This document shows positions 43,966-53,739 of a DNA stretch of 64,000 bases, one piece after another. Numbering within the stretch: position 1 is the first letter of the stretch; the number at the start of each line of letters is the position of its first letter. The stretch covers positions 3,279 through 67,278 of the forward strand of contig JAZRBS010000025.1 of the NCBI GenBank assembly GCA_045635205.1, in the 5' to 3' direction. The translations under genes and the position numbers were made by a program. The notes under the pieces were generated by a model. The model was not told where the DNA came from and ran no database searches. It saw only the letters and a list, made by a program, of their open reading frames with translations. Source of the stretch: Candidatus Cryptobacteroides sp. GTDB lineage: Bacteria > Bacteroidota > Bacteroidia > Bacteroidales > UBA932.

Positions 43966-45696
43966 ATGATAGAAGTATGTTCTTATATGATTCCGACCTC
44001 TGCCAAGGAGGTCAAGGCGTTAGGCTGGGATTACATAGATGTGATCCTGTTTACCGGTGATGCATTCATAGATCATCCCTCGTTCGGTACGGCGGTGATA
44101 GCCAGATGGTTGCAGAAATACGGATACAGGGTGGCTGTGGTACCCCAGCCTAACTGGCGTGATGATCTGCGTGATTTCCGCAAACTAGGTGCTCCAAGGC
44201 TCTATTTCGGTGTGAACAGCGGGGCAATGGATTCAATGGTCAATCATTATACGGCCGCAAAGCGTCTTCGTTCCGATGATGCCTATACTCCGGAGGGAAA
44301 AGCCGGTCAGAGGCCTGACTATGCTGTGACTGTCTATACGAAGATCCTGAAGGAGATTTATCCTGAGATACCGGTGGTTATCGGTGGTATCGAGGCTTCT
44401 CTGAGGCGCGTCACTCATTATGACTACTGGCAGGATTCGCTGAAGCCATCGATACTTGTCGATAGCGGTGCCGATTGGCTATGCTATGGAATGGGGGAGA
44501 GAACGATGCTGGAGTTCACCAAAGCGATTGAGGCGGGACGTAATCTCAATGATATCAGGAAGATACCTCAACTGGCCTTCTATATGGACGGCCGATGCAG
44601 GACAAAGGATGCGGTCATTCTCAATTCCTATGAACGCTGCTGCAAGGATAAAGTTGCATTCGCCGAGAATTTCCACGTCATAGAGACCTACGCCAATATG
44701 ATGAATCCTCCTGTGCTGGTGGAACCGGTTGGGAAGGGTTATGTGCAGATAAATCCTACCTGGCCTCCGGCAACTCAGGAAGAGATGGATTCGTTCTGGG
44801 ATCTTCCTTTTACAAAACTGCCGCACCCGCGTTACAAAGGCAAGCATATTCCGGCTTTCGAGATGATAAAATTCTCCATAAATACCCACCGCGGCTGCTT
44901 CGGAGGATGTAATTTCTGTACTATTGCGGCACATCAGGGCAAATTCATACAGTCCAGAAGCGAGGATTCGATCATCAAGGAGATCAAGGGGCTGAATGCC
45001 TTGCCGGGCTTTGCCGGGAATATTTCCGATGTAGGGGCTCCTACGGCAAATATGTACGGGATGCGTGGAAAGGACGCGGAACTGTGTCAGAAATGCCGGA
45101 GGAAATCCTGCCTTTTCCCGAGTCCTTGCAAGAATATGGACCGTTCGCACGAAAGGCTTCTCAAACTCTATAAGCGGATCACTTCAGTCAAAGGAATACG
45201 TAATGCATATATCGGCAGCGGAATCAGATATGACCTATTCCTGAATGAAAAGGGTTTTGTTGATGAGACCTCTTATCCATATTTCAAGGAACTTGTCCTT
45301 GAACATACTTCCGGACGTCTCAAGGTGGCTCCGGAACATACGGAGGATTCTGTTCTGAAACTAATGGCCAAACCTTCCTTTGTGCTTTTTGAACGTCTCA
45401 GGATAGAGTTTGATAATCTTGTAAGGAGCAGCGGACGCAAATGTGAACTGGTTCCGTATTTCATATCCGGACATCCAGGCTGCGGTATGCGCGAGATGCA
45501 GCGTCTGGCTCGTAAACCAGCCCTGCAAGGTCTATATATGGATCAGGTGCAGGACTTCACCCCGACTCCTATGACAACTTCTTCCGTTATGTTCTACACG
45601 GGTCTGGATCCTAAAAATCTGGAAAAGGTGTTTGTGGAACGTGATGTGGAACGCAAGAAAGAACAGAAATCCTTCTTCTTCCGTCGTGGAAAGTAA
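43966..45696 (+). CDS. YgiQ-family radical SAM protein
   Basis: GDAFIDHPSFG, GGIEASLRR..HYDYW, HRGCFGGCNFC, KVAPEH and QVQDFTPTP. Confidence 0.93.
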   Translation: MIEVCSYMIPTSAKEVKALGWDYIDVILFTGDAFIDHPSFGTAVIARWLQKYGYRVAVVPQPNWRDDLRDFRKLGAPRLYFGVNSGAMDSMVNHYTAAKRLRSDDAYTPEGKAGQRPDYAVTVYTKILKEIYPEIPVVIGGIEASLRRVTHYDYWQDSLKPSILVDSGADWLCYGMGERTMLEFTKAIEAGRNLNDIRKIPQLAFYMDGRCRTKDAVILNSYERCCKDKVAFAENFHVIETYANMMNPPVLVEPVGKGYVQINPTWPPATQEEMDSFWDLPFTKLPHPRYKGKHIPAFEMIKFSINTHRGCFGGCNFCTIAAHQGKFIQSRSEDSIIKEIKGLNALPGFAGNISDVGAPTANMYGMRGKDAELCQKCRRKSCLFPSPCKNMDRSHERLLKLYKRITSVKGIRNAYIGSGIRYDLFLNEKGFVDETSYPYFKELVLEHTSGRLKVAPEHTEDSVLKLMAKPSFVLFERLRIEFDNLVRSSGRKCELVPYFISGHPGCGMREMQRLARKPALQGLYMDQVQDFTPTPMTTSSVMFYTGLDPKNLEKVFVERDVERKKEQKSFFFRRGK

Positions 45697-45797
45697 ATGT
45701 TTTTTATAAAAAAGTCCATTCAGTGTTGCTCAATTGAAAAAAATGTCCTACAATTGCACCGTATTTCAAAATTAACTGAAATTTAGATAAGACAGAT

Positions 45798-46145
45798 ATG
45801 GCAACAACACCAAAGAGGAGAGCGGTATGTAGTTATGAGAATATGTCAGAGGAACTGGCAGCCGCATTTGCAGAAAAATATCCAAAAGGATATAGCGACT
45901 ATTTCCCGGATTTAGTGAAGTATGACAAGCCGGACGGTACGAATTTCTATGCAGTGACCGTGGAGATTCCTGATGCTATCTATCTTGTGAAGATCAAGGT
46001 GAAGACTGACGATGCAGAGGATCTGGAGCGTTGGCTTGATGGCGATGACGGAGATGATTCAGAAGGAAATGAAGGCGATAGTCTTCCGGATGACAACATC
46101 TCGCAATACTCGAACGGTGATGATGATCCTGTTGATGGAGAATAA
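45798..46145 (+). CDS. Hypothetical protein with acidic C-terminal tail
   Basis: 115-aa ORF with its own terminator; EKYPKGY and IYLVKIKV, then a D/E-rich tail. Confidence 0.8.
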   Translation: MATTPKRRAVCSYENMSEELAAAFAEKYPKGYSDYFPDLVKYDKPDGTNFYAVTVEIPDAIYLVKIKVKTDDAEDLERWLDGDDGDDSEGNEGDSLPDDNISQYSNGDDDPVDGE

Positions 46146-46164
46146 TTGAATGTTGTAATATATC

Positions 46165-46198
46165 GGGCCGGCCGGGATTTTCCTGCCGGCTCTTTTTT
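46165..46198 (+). terminator. Intrinsic terminator
   Basis: GGGCCGGCCGGGA-TTT-TCCTGCCGGCTC-TTTTTT. Confidence 0.8.
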
Positions 46199-46248
46199 GT
46201 GCATAAAAGGGAAAATTTGTTACCTTTGTACAGTTTGACTTTTTGTAA

Positions 46249-48036
46249 ATGAAAAACGGATCCGCAGCAAAGGGTGTAATCGCTTTTCTTCGTCGTCTGC
46301 TGAAGAAACTGCCGGAGAGGGATGTAATGATCATCCTCTCTCTGTTTGTCGGTATATGCTGTGGAGTGGCGGCCGTACTTCTGAAATTCTCGATCGAGTA
46401 TATCCATCATTCCCTTACATCCTGGTTTGACGGAGAAGCATATAATTTCCTCTTCCTGATATATCCTGGCTTAGGTATGCTCATTGCGATGCTCTTTGTC
46501 AAATATATCGTAAAGGACAATATCGGGCACGGAGTCACAAAGGTGCTGCAGGCTGTGTCAAAAAACGAGTCGAAGATACGCCCGCACAATATGTGGTCAT
46601 CTATGCTGGCATCGTCAGTTACCATCGGTTTCGGAGGTTCGGTCGGTGCTGAGGCTCCGATAGTATATACAGGTGCGGCAATCGGATCCAATGTAGCCCG
46701 ATATATGGGATTGTCATACAAGAATATGACTATTCTTCTCGGATGCGGAGCAGCAGGAGCGGTGGCTGGAATCTTCAAGGCTCCTCTGGCGGGAGTTCTT
46801 TTTACGTTGGAGATTCTTCTGTTCAATATCTCGATGACGTCGATTCTGCCTCTGCTACTCTCGACTATATCGGCGACGGTAATATCATATATCTTCCTGG
46901 GAGACAAGCCTCCTTTCGAATGCACGATATCTCCGTTTGCGATGCATAATATCCCGTTCTACATCCTTCTGGGACTGTTCAGCGCGGCTTGCTCGGTGTA
47001 TTTTACCCGAATGACTTTATGGCTTGAAGACAAGATTAAGAGCATCAGAAAGCCTTTCGTAAGATGGGCTATATCCGCTTCCTGCCTTGGTCTTCTGATT
47101 TTTCTTTTCCCACCTCTTTTCGGAGAGGGATATGAACATCTCCACGAACTTCTCAACGGAGGTACGATCGATCTCGAAGGACAGACCATTCTGGCTTTCT
47201 TTCTGCGCAAGGCCTGGCTTGTGCCGGTGTTCTTTCTCCTCGTCCTTCTTCTGAAAGTTTTCTCGATGTCGTTTACGAATGCCGGAGGGGGAGTCGGAGG
47301 AACTTTCGGACCTACGCTTTTTATCGGGGCAGTCGCAGGTTTTGTATTGTCGCGTACGATCAATCTGATTGCCGGGTCAGGATTGGTGCCAGAACAGAAT
47401 TTCGTGCTTGTGGGAATGGCTGGCCTGATGGCTGGTGTGATGCAGGCTCCGATGACAGCGATCTTCCTTATTGCAGATATGACGGGAGGATATGAACTCC
47501 TCATACCTTTGATCCTTACCTCAACAATATCATACGCGGCTACAAGGATGGTGGAGCCTTATTCCATCTATACCAAACGAATAGCAAAGAAAGGTGAACT
47601 TCTTACGCACGACAGCGATCAGGCAGTGCTGACTCTTCTCAAGACAGGCGATCTTATCGAATCGGATTTCCGCAGCGTGAGGATAGATGCTACACTTGGT
47701 GAACTTGTAGAGGTCGTTGCCGAGTCACGGAGAAATATCTTCCCAGTGGTTGACTCGCGAAATCATTTCCAAGGTTTTGTGTCATTGGAGGATATTCGCC
47801 GTGAGATGTTCAAAAAGGAACAGTACGAGACCACTCACGTCTATAATTATATGAAATCGGCTCCTGCATACGTTTATGTCGATGAAAAGATGGATAGTGT
47901 TATGAGGAAGTTCGAACAGACAGAGGCTTGGAATCTGCCGGTTGTGGAGCAGGACAGGACATACGTGGGTTTTGTGTCCAAGTCTAAGATTTTCTCGGCT
48001 TACAGGGATCAACTTAAGCAGGTGTCACACGATTGA
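46249..48036 (+). CDS. ClC chloride channel/transporter with CBS pair
   Basis: GHGVT, GGSVGAEAP, GGTFGPTL and C-terminal CBS domains. Confidence 0.93.
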   Translation: MKNGSAAKGVIAFLRRLLKKLPERDVMIILSLFVGICCGVAAVLLKFSIEYIHHSLTSWFDGEAYNFLFLIYPGLGMLIAMLFVKYIVKDNIGHGVTKVLQAVSKNESKIRPHNMWSSMLASSVTIGFGGSVGAEAPIVYTGAAIGSNVARYMGLSYKNMTILLGCGAAGAVAGIFKAPLAGVLFTLEILLFNISMTSILPLLLSTISATVISYIFLGDKPPFECTISPFAMHNIPFYILLGLFSAACSVYFTRMTLWLEDKIKSIRKPFVRWAISASCLGLLIFLFPPLFGEGYEHLHELLNGGTIDLEGQTILAFFLRKAWLVPVFFLLVLLLKVFSMSFTNAGGGVGGTFGPTLFIGAVAGFVLSRTINLIAGSGLVPEQNFVLVGMAGLMAGVMQAPMTAIFLIADMTGGYELLIPLILTSTISYAATRMVEPYSIYTKRIAKKGELLTHDSDQAVLTLLKTGDLIESDFRSVRIDATLGELVEVVAESRRNIFPVVDSRNHFQGFVSLEDIRREMFKKEQYETTHVYNYMKSAPAYVYVDEKMDSVMRKFEQTEAWNLPVVEQDRTYVGFVSKSKIFSAYRDQLKQVSHD

Positions 48037-48048
48037 TTGTAATCGGAA

Positions 48049-50184
48049 ATGAAGAATATATATATCGAGCATATTGCAAGGCTCCTTCAGGTGAAGGAAT
48101 GGCAGGTGGAGAATTGTGCGAAATTATTTGAAGAAGGGGCGACTATTCCATTTGTGAGCCGCTACCGTAAAGAACGTACAGGAGGCTTGGATGAGGTGGC
48201 TGTAGCCGAGATCCGGCATTGGGCTGATGTCTTTGCTGAGATGGAAAAGCGTAAGGCTACGATTCTGGAGACGATCGAGCAGGCCGGCGGACTGACTTCC
48301 GATCTTCGTTCGAAGATCGAGAACAGCGTGGAATCCAGGGAACTCGAGGATCTGTATCTCCCTTTCAAACCAAAACGACGCACCCGTGCTACGGCAGCCA
48401 AGGAGGCCGGTCTTGAGCCTCTTGCGGACAAAATGTATAATGTGTCCTTGACCGATCCTGTTCCGGAAGCACGAAAATATGTCTCAGACAAGGTACCCGG
48501 TGTCGAGGAAGCCCTTGCCGGTGCCCGTGATATCATTGCCGAGCGTCTCAGCGAGACTGCTTCGGTGCGCGAGACTCTGCGCCAGATCTTCAAGACACGC
48601 CGAATTGTGACGAAGGCTACGAAAAAGGCAGTCGGGCAGGAGGCTATGAAATATCGTTCATATTTTGATTATTCCGAATCGCTTGAGCGGATTGCGCCTC
48701 ATCGTCTTCTGGCTATTCTCCGTGCTGAAGATGAGGGGTTCATCAATGTCAGGATCGATGCTGATGCCGAGAAGTGCGGCAAAAAGATATATTATGATTT
48801 CTGTCAGGAGAGGCGATATCCGGCTGCTCCTCTTGCCGAGCAGATCCATTTGGCCTTTGATGATGCATTCAAGCGTTTGCTTGAGCCTTCTATTTCCAAT
48901 GAAGTCCTGAAGGAAGCCAAGGAAAAGGCTGATATCGAATCCATCAGGATATTCGGAGAGAATCTTCGCCAACTTCTTCTTGCACCTCCTGTGGGACAGA
49001 AAAGGGTTCTGGCGATTGATCCTGGATTCAGAACAGGATGCAAGGTGGTATGCCTTGATGAACAGGGCAATCTGCTGCATAATGAGGCTATTTTCCCTCA
49101 TCCGCCTGTAAATGAGAAGGTCAATGCCATCCAGGCAGTTTCGGCTATGGTTGCCAGATATGGTGTGGAAGTCATAGCCATCGGTAATGGTACTGCAAGC
49201 CGTGAGACGGAAGAATTCATCAAGCGTGTTCCTCTTCCTGAGGGGACTCGTGTCTTTACCGTGAGCGAGGATGGTGCTTCCATATATTCTGCGTCCGAGG
49301 TTGCCCGTGAGGAATTTCCTGATTATGATGTGACTGTGCGTGGTGCGGTATCCATCGGCCGTCGTCTGATGGATCCTTTGGCAGAACTTGTGAAGATAGA
49401 TCCTAAGTCTTTGGGAGTGGGGCAGTATCAGCACGATGTTGATCAGAATCTTCTTAAGGAGACTCTGGACAATACTGTTGAGAGTTGTGTGAATAATGTC
49501 GGAGTCAATCTGAATACGGCCAGCAGTTATCTTTTGAGTTATGTGTCCGGTATCGGGCCGGCTCTGGCTGATAATATTGTTGAGTATCGTTCCGAACACG
49601 GTGCTTATAATTCGCGTCGTGATCTCTTGAAGGTCAAGAGGTTGGGGGAGAAGGCCTTTGAGCAGTGTGCCGGATTTCTACGTATCCAGGGGGCTGACAA
49701 TCCGCTGGACAATTCTGCAGTCCACCCCGAGGCATATCATATAGTTGACCGTATGGCTCGCGATCTGTCTGTCACTACAGGGGAACTTGTCGGCAATGCT
49801 GATTTATGCGGCAGAATCGATCCTTCTCGCTATGTTGATGAGCGTTTCGGATTACCGACCATCAGTGATATCATCCAGGAACTCCGCAAGCCGGGACGTG
49901 ATCCCCGTGAGTCTGTTCAGGACTTTGAGTTTGCGCACGATATCCATAGTATAGAAGATCTCCATACCGGTATGGAACTTCCGGGCATCGTGACCAATAT
50001 CACAGCCTTCGGTGCCTTCGTTGATATCGGAATCAAGCAGAACGGTCTTATCCATATTTCCCAGATGGGAGTCAAAGGACTTGCCGATCCGTCCAAGATT
50101 CTCAAACTCCATCAGCACATCAAGGTCACAGTCGTTTCGGTCGATCTCGACCGAGGACGCATCGGTTTGAGGCTGGTGAAGTGA
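48049..50184 (+). CDS. tex: Tex-family RNA-binding transcriptional accessory protein
   Basis: GATIPFVSRYRKE, IDPGFRTGCK, IGNGTASRE, GVGQYQHD and S1 domain FGAFVDIG. Confidence 0.95.
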   Translation: MKNIYIEHIARLLQVKEWQVENCAKLFEEGATIPFVSRYRKERTGGLDEVAVAEIRHWADVFAEMEKRKATILETIEQAGGLTSDLRSKIENSVESRELEDLYLPFKPKRRTRATAAKEAGLEPLADKMYNVSLTDPVPEARKYVSDKVPGVEEALAGARDIIAERLSETASVRETLRQIFKTRRIVTKATKKAVGQEAMKYRSYFDYSESLERIAPHRLLAILRAEDEGFINVRIDADAEKCGKKIYYDFCQERRYPAAPLAEQIHLAFDDAFKRLLEPSISNEVLKEAKEKADIESIRIFGENLRQLLLAPPVGQKRVLAIDPGFRTGCKVVCLDEQGNLLHNEAIFPHPPVNEKVNAIQAVSAMVARYGVEVIAIGNGTASRETEEFIKRVPLPEGTRVFTVSEDGASIYSASEVAREEFPDYDVTVRGAVSIGRRLMDPLAELVKIDPKSLGVGQYQHDVDQNLLKETLDNTVESCVNNVGVNLNTASSYLLSYVSGIGPALADNIVEYRSEHGAYNSRRDLLKVKRLGEKAFEQCAGFLRIQGADNPLDNSAVHPEAYHIVDRMARDLSVTTGELVGNADLCGRIDPSRYVDERFGLPTISDIIQELRKPGRDPRESVQDFEFAHDIHSIEDLHTGMELPGIVTNITAFGAFVDIGIKQNGLIHISQMGVKGLADPSKILKLHQHIKVTVVSVDLDRGRIGLRLVK

Positions 50185-50200
50185 TTTCAGGTGTTTGACT

Positions 50201-50436
50201 GCATTTCTCGCACTTTCGCTGGTTTATCGCTCCAGGTGCTTCGGTGTTTCCACGGTACAGAGAATGCTTGAGGAAACGACAAAGTCTGCTGTGGCTCGCT
50301 CCGCAGAAGCGTATGGATATGCTTCGCTCGCTCACAGCAGGCTTTGTCTTATCCGCAGTTCTAGTGATTGAGAGAAGTGATCCGCAGAACAAGTGAGTGA
50401 ATTGATTCGCAGTTCTAGTGCTTGGCAGTTCTAGTG
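50201..50436. repeat. Structured intergenic element: long hairpins plus four GCAGTTCTAGTG-type direct repeats
   Basis: 16-bp stem 50278-93/50333-48; repeats at 50355, 50384 (variant), 50409 and 50425. Confidence 0.7.
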
Positions 50437-50695
50437 AACATTTCGGGTCATATATTCTCTGGAACTTATTAGGAAAAGCAAAATTAGACCAAAAATCAAG
50501 GTTCTGGTGAGGCTAATATCGTCATCTGTTTTACTAATATTGCCTTTTACTGGTGCGCTAAGAAATGACTGAAATTTGTAGCACCGGTGATGAAATAGTA
50601 GTTTCAAAGGACGAAACTGGGAGCGGTGCGCAAAGAAAAGGTAAATTCTTGTCACACCGCTTTTGTCATATATAAAATAAGATCTCCTGAAAGAA

Positions 50696-51604
50696 CTATC
50701 TCTTCTTGATCGTGTACTGAGAAAGGATGACGCCTAGGGAGGAGATTATTATGCCGATCCATTGGCGGGAGTTGAGGAGTTCGTGGCCGAGGATCCAGGC
50801 TATGATGGCTGCGGCGACCGGGATGAGGGCGGAGAATATGCTGGATTTGGCGACTCCGAGGTTTTTGATGGTGCTGACCCAGAGTGAGAAGGCAAGGCTG
50901 GAGCATAACACGGCCAGGCAGATTATCGGATACCACACTTCCGGGTTGAAGTGGGTCTGGATGCTGAATCCGTCAAGTCCCTTCCAGATGAAAAGAGGGA
51001 AAAGATATACCGCTCCGATCAGGAATTGGTACATAACAATGATCTGGCTGGAGTAATTACCTGACAGGCTTTTGGTTATGGAGGCGTGTCCTACTTCCGA
51101 AACTACAGCGATAAGCAGCAGGACCACACCCCATATAAAGTTTTCTCCAAGTTCTCCTTTGGCCATTGCTACCATAACTATTCCTATAAGTGTTGCCAGC
51201 ACTCCTATGATGTTGATGAAACTTACCTTTTCTTTGAAGAATATTATACCTGCTCCTATGGAGAAAATAGGAATTGTTGCAATCACCATAGCACTCAAGG
51301 TCGGCGATCCCGTCAGTTTAAGGCCGTAGGTCTCGCAGATGAAATATATGAACGGCTCAAAGAATGCCAGCAGAAGGAATTTAGGCCAGTCCTGTTTCTG
51401 TATCCTTTTGATTCTGGCGTATGCCGTGTTGAACAGGAACAGGATGATGCCGGCAAGAAGTATCCTTACGAATACGAAATAGAATATCGGTATTCCAAGG
51501 GCAATTAGTTTGTCTGTCCATATATAGGACATTCCCCATAAGGTTATTGCAAATACTGAGGCTATGTATATCAGTACTTTGCTTGGCTGGACTTTAGGTG
51601 ACAT
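50696..51604 (-). CDS. EamA/DMT transporter
   Basis: LWGMSYIW, a 2x5 TM pattern, SSLAFSLW and LGHE. Confidence 0.9.
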   Translation of the reverse strand: MSPKVQPSKVLIYIASVFAITLWGMSYIWTDKLIALGIPIFYFVFVRILLAGIILFLFNTAYARIKRIQKQDWPKFLLLAFFEPFIYFICETYGLKLTGSPTLSAMVIATIPIFSIGAGIIFFKEKVSFINIIGVLATLIGIVMVAMAKGELGENFIWGVVLLLIAVVSEVGHASITKSLSGNYSSQIIVMYQFLIGAVYLFPLFIWKGLDGFSIQTHFNPEVWYPIICLAVLCSSLAFSLWVSTIKNLGVAKSSIFSALIPVAAAIIAWILGHELLNSRQWIGIIISSLGVILSQYTIKKR

Positions 51605-51652
51605 ATTGATGTGGTCTGAGGGTGGTTATGTGGAGGTGTGTCCGTTATAATT

Positions 51653-52993
51653 TCAGAATTCAACCGGTTTCCCGTCGATCAGTACATATTCGATGACTCC
51701 TTTCAGGGTCTCTCCTTCATACGGGGTCCATCCGCATTTACTTAACTGATCTTCGGCTTTTACGGTAAATTCTTTTGTGTAGTCGAAGATGACAAGGTCG
51801 GCTTCGTAGCCCGGCTTGATTTTTCCTCGTTTCAATCCATATATGTCGGATGCTTTCTCCGAGAATACGGATGCTATACGGGTGAGCGGAATGCCTTCTT
51901 CATCTGCGATTGTAAGAAGCACAGGCAGACTTTGCTGGATTGAAGGCAGACCGGAAGGGACCTTCGGATATCTGCCTTCCTTTTCTGACAAAAGATGAGG
52001 TGCGTGGTCAGAACCTATCGTGTCAATGAGCCCGTCGGCAAGTGCTTCGCGCAATGCTTTCCTGTCGTCTGCTGTCTTGATGGCAGGATTGCATTTGACC
52101 CTGCTTCCGAGACGGTCATAATCATTGTTGCAGAACCACAGATAATTGCAGGAAGTCTCTGTCGTGATATCTGGGTTGCTGATTTTTGCTGCTCTTGCCA
52201 TTTCTATTTCTTCCTTGGTGGAAATATGGCAAAGAACTAGTCTGGTGCCATATCTGATGGCAAGTTCGAGAGCCTTTATGCTCGACTTTATGCAGGCTTT
52301 TCTGCTGCGTATGTGTTCGTGCTCTGAAAATGGAATGTCTTCGCCGTATTTTGCCGTTGCGGCTGCAAGATTCTCCTTTATGGTAGTCTCATCTTCACAA
52401 TGTACAAGCACCGGCTTTCCTTTGATGGCAAACAGCCTTTCCAGAGTGTCTCCATTGTCAACGAGCATATTTCCGGTCGATGAACCCATAAATACCTTGA
52501 TTCCGGCGATATCTTCCGGTTTCAGGCCGGATTCAGCGTCGCCTTTGTCTGCAAGTGCAATAAGTTCGTCTATGTTGTCGTTCGTCGCTCCTATATGGAA
52601 ACCGATCTTACCTGTCACCCGGCCTTCTGCCATAGCGATCTTAGCCTTGAGGGTCTCAGCAGAGGTGGTGGCGGGATTGGTATTGGGCATATCAAATACT
52701 GAAGTGACGCCACCTGCTGCGGCTGCACTCGACTCTGTCTGCATATCTGCTTTGTGGGTAAGCCCAGGCTCGCGGAAATGCACGTGGGCATCGATACCTC
52801 CGGCTATAATATGCTTGCCTTCCAGATCCCATACGTCTGCTTCAGGAGTATCTTTCAGAATCTTCCCGATCCTGAAGTCATAGTCCGGTGCATCTGAATA
52901 CAGGACATCGGTTATTATTCCTCCATCGATTATTACGCTGCCGGGAGCCTCTTTGTCTCCGGTTACTATTGTCGCTTTGTGAAGAATGATCAT
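51653..52993 (-). CDS. pyrC: Dihydroorotase
   Basis: IDAHVHFREPG, DMPNT, KVFMGSSTG, KCNP, SDHAPH and SKCGWTP. Confidence 0.92.
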   Translation of the reverse strand: MIILHKATIVTGDKEAPGSVIIDGGIITDVLYSDAPDYDFRIGKILKDTPEADVWDLEGKHIIAGGIDAHVHFREPGLTHKADMQTESSAAAAGGVTSVFDMPNTNPATTSAETLKAKIAMAEGRVTGKIGFHIGATNDNIDELIALADKGDAESGLKPEDIAGIKVFMGSSTGNMLVDNGDTLERLFAIKGKPVLVHCEDETTIKENLAAATAKYGEDIPFSEHEHIRSRKACIKSSIKALELAIRYGTRLVLCHISTKEEIEMARAAKISNPDITTETSCNYLWFCNNDYDRLGSRVKCNPAIKTADDRKALREALADGLIDTIGSDHAPHLLSEKEGRYPKVPSGLPSIQQSLPVLLTIADEEGIPLTRIASVFSEKASDIYGLKRGKIKPGYEADLVIFDYTKEFTVKAEDQLSKCGWTPYEGETLKGVIEYVLIDGKPVEF

Positions 52994-52995
52994 AA

Positions 52996-53721
52996 TTATG
53001 CCTGTTTTGGTCTGATTTTTCTCATTTTCAGTTTCATCACTCCCCAGAATGCTTCACCGAAAATACCGCTGCTCATCTTTGATGTTCCTTCCTTCCTGTC
53101 AACGAATATGATCGGAACCTCCTGTATGTTGAAGCCCAGTTTATATGTAGAATACTTCATCTCGATCTGGAAGCCATAACCTTTCATCCTTACCTTGTCC
53201 AGATCGATGGTTTCCAGAACCTTGCGCTTGTAGCACTTGAATCCGGCTGTAGTGTCGAATACCTTCATTCCCAATACAGTACGTACATATACCGATGCAT
53301 AATAGGACATAATGACCCTGCCTATAGGCCAGTTGATGACGCTGATACCGTTGCAATATCTCGATCCTATGGCCAGGTCAGCACCTTCCTTGCAGGCATT
53401 GTATAGCCTTGGGAGATCTTCTGGATTGTGTGAGAAATCGGCATCCATTTCAAAAATGTAGTCGAATTTGTGCTCTACAGACCATTTGAATCCGGTTATA
53501 TAGGCGGTGCCAAGCCCGAGTTTGCCCTTTCTTTCTATCATAAACAGACGGTCAGGAAATTCCGTCTGAAGTTGCTTCACGATTGCTGCAGTGCCGTCAG
53601 GGGAACCGTCCTCGATCACAAGAATGCTATAGTTTCCTTCCAGTCCGAATACAGCCCTGATGATCTTTTCAATGTTCTCTTTCTCGTTGTAGGTAGGGAT
53701 AATTACGATTTTACTATCCAT
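52996..53721 (-). CDS. Polyprenol-monophosphomannose synthase (GT2)
   Basis: IIPTYNE, DGSPDGT, KLGLGTAY, EMDADFSH, GYGFQIE and FVDRKEGTSKM. Confidence 0.92.
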   Translation of the reverse strand: MDSKIVIIPTYNEKENIEKIIRAVFGLEGNYSILVIEDGSPDGTAAIVKQLQTEFPDRLFMIERKGKLGLGTAYITGFKWSVEHKFDYIFEMDADFSHNPEDLPRLYNACKEGADLAIGSRYCNGISVINWPIGRVIMSYYASVYVRTVLGMKVFDTTAGFKCYKRKVLETIDLDKVRMKGYGFQIEMKYSTYKLGFNIQEVPIIFVDRKEGTSKMSSGIFGEAFWGVMKLKMRKIRPKQA

Positions 53722-53739
53722 ATATTGTTCTGTATGTTA

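Noticed and set aside
50351-50436. Possible CRISPR mini-array
   Set aside because: The repeats are only 12 bp, the gaps are 4-17 bp and irregular, and there are no cas genes.
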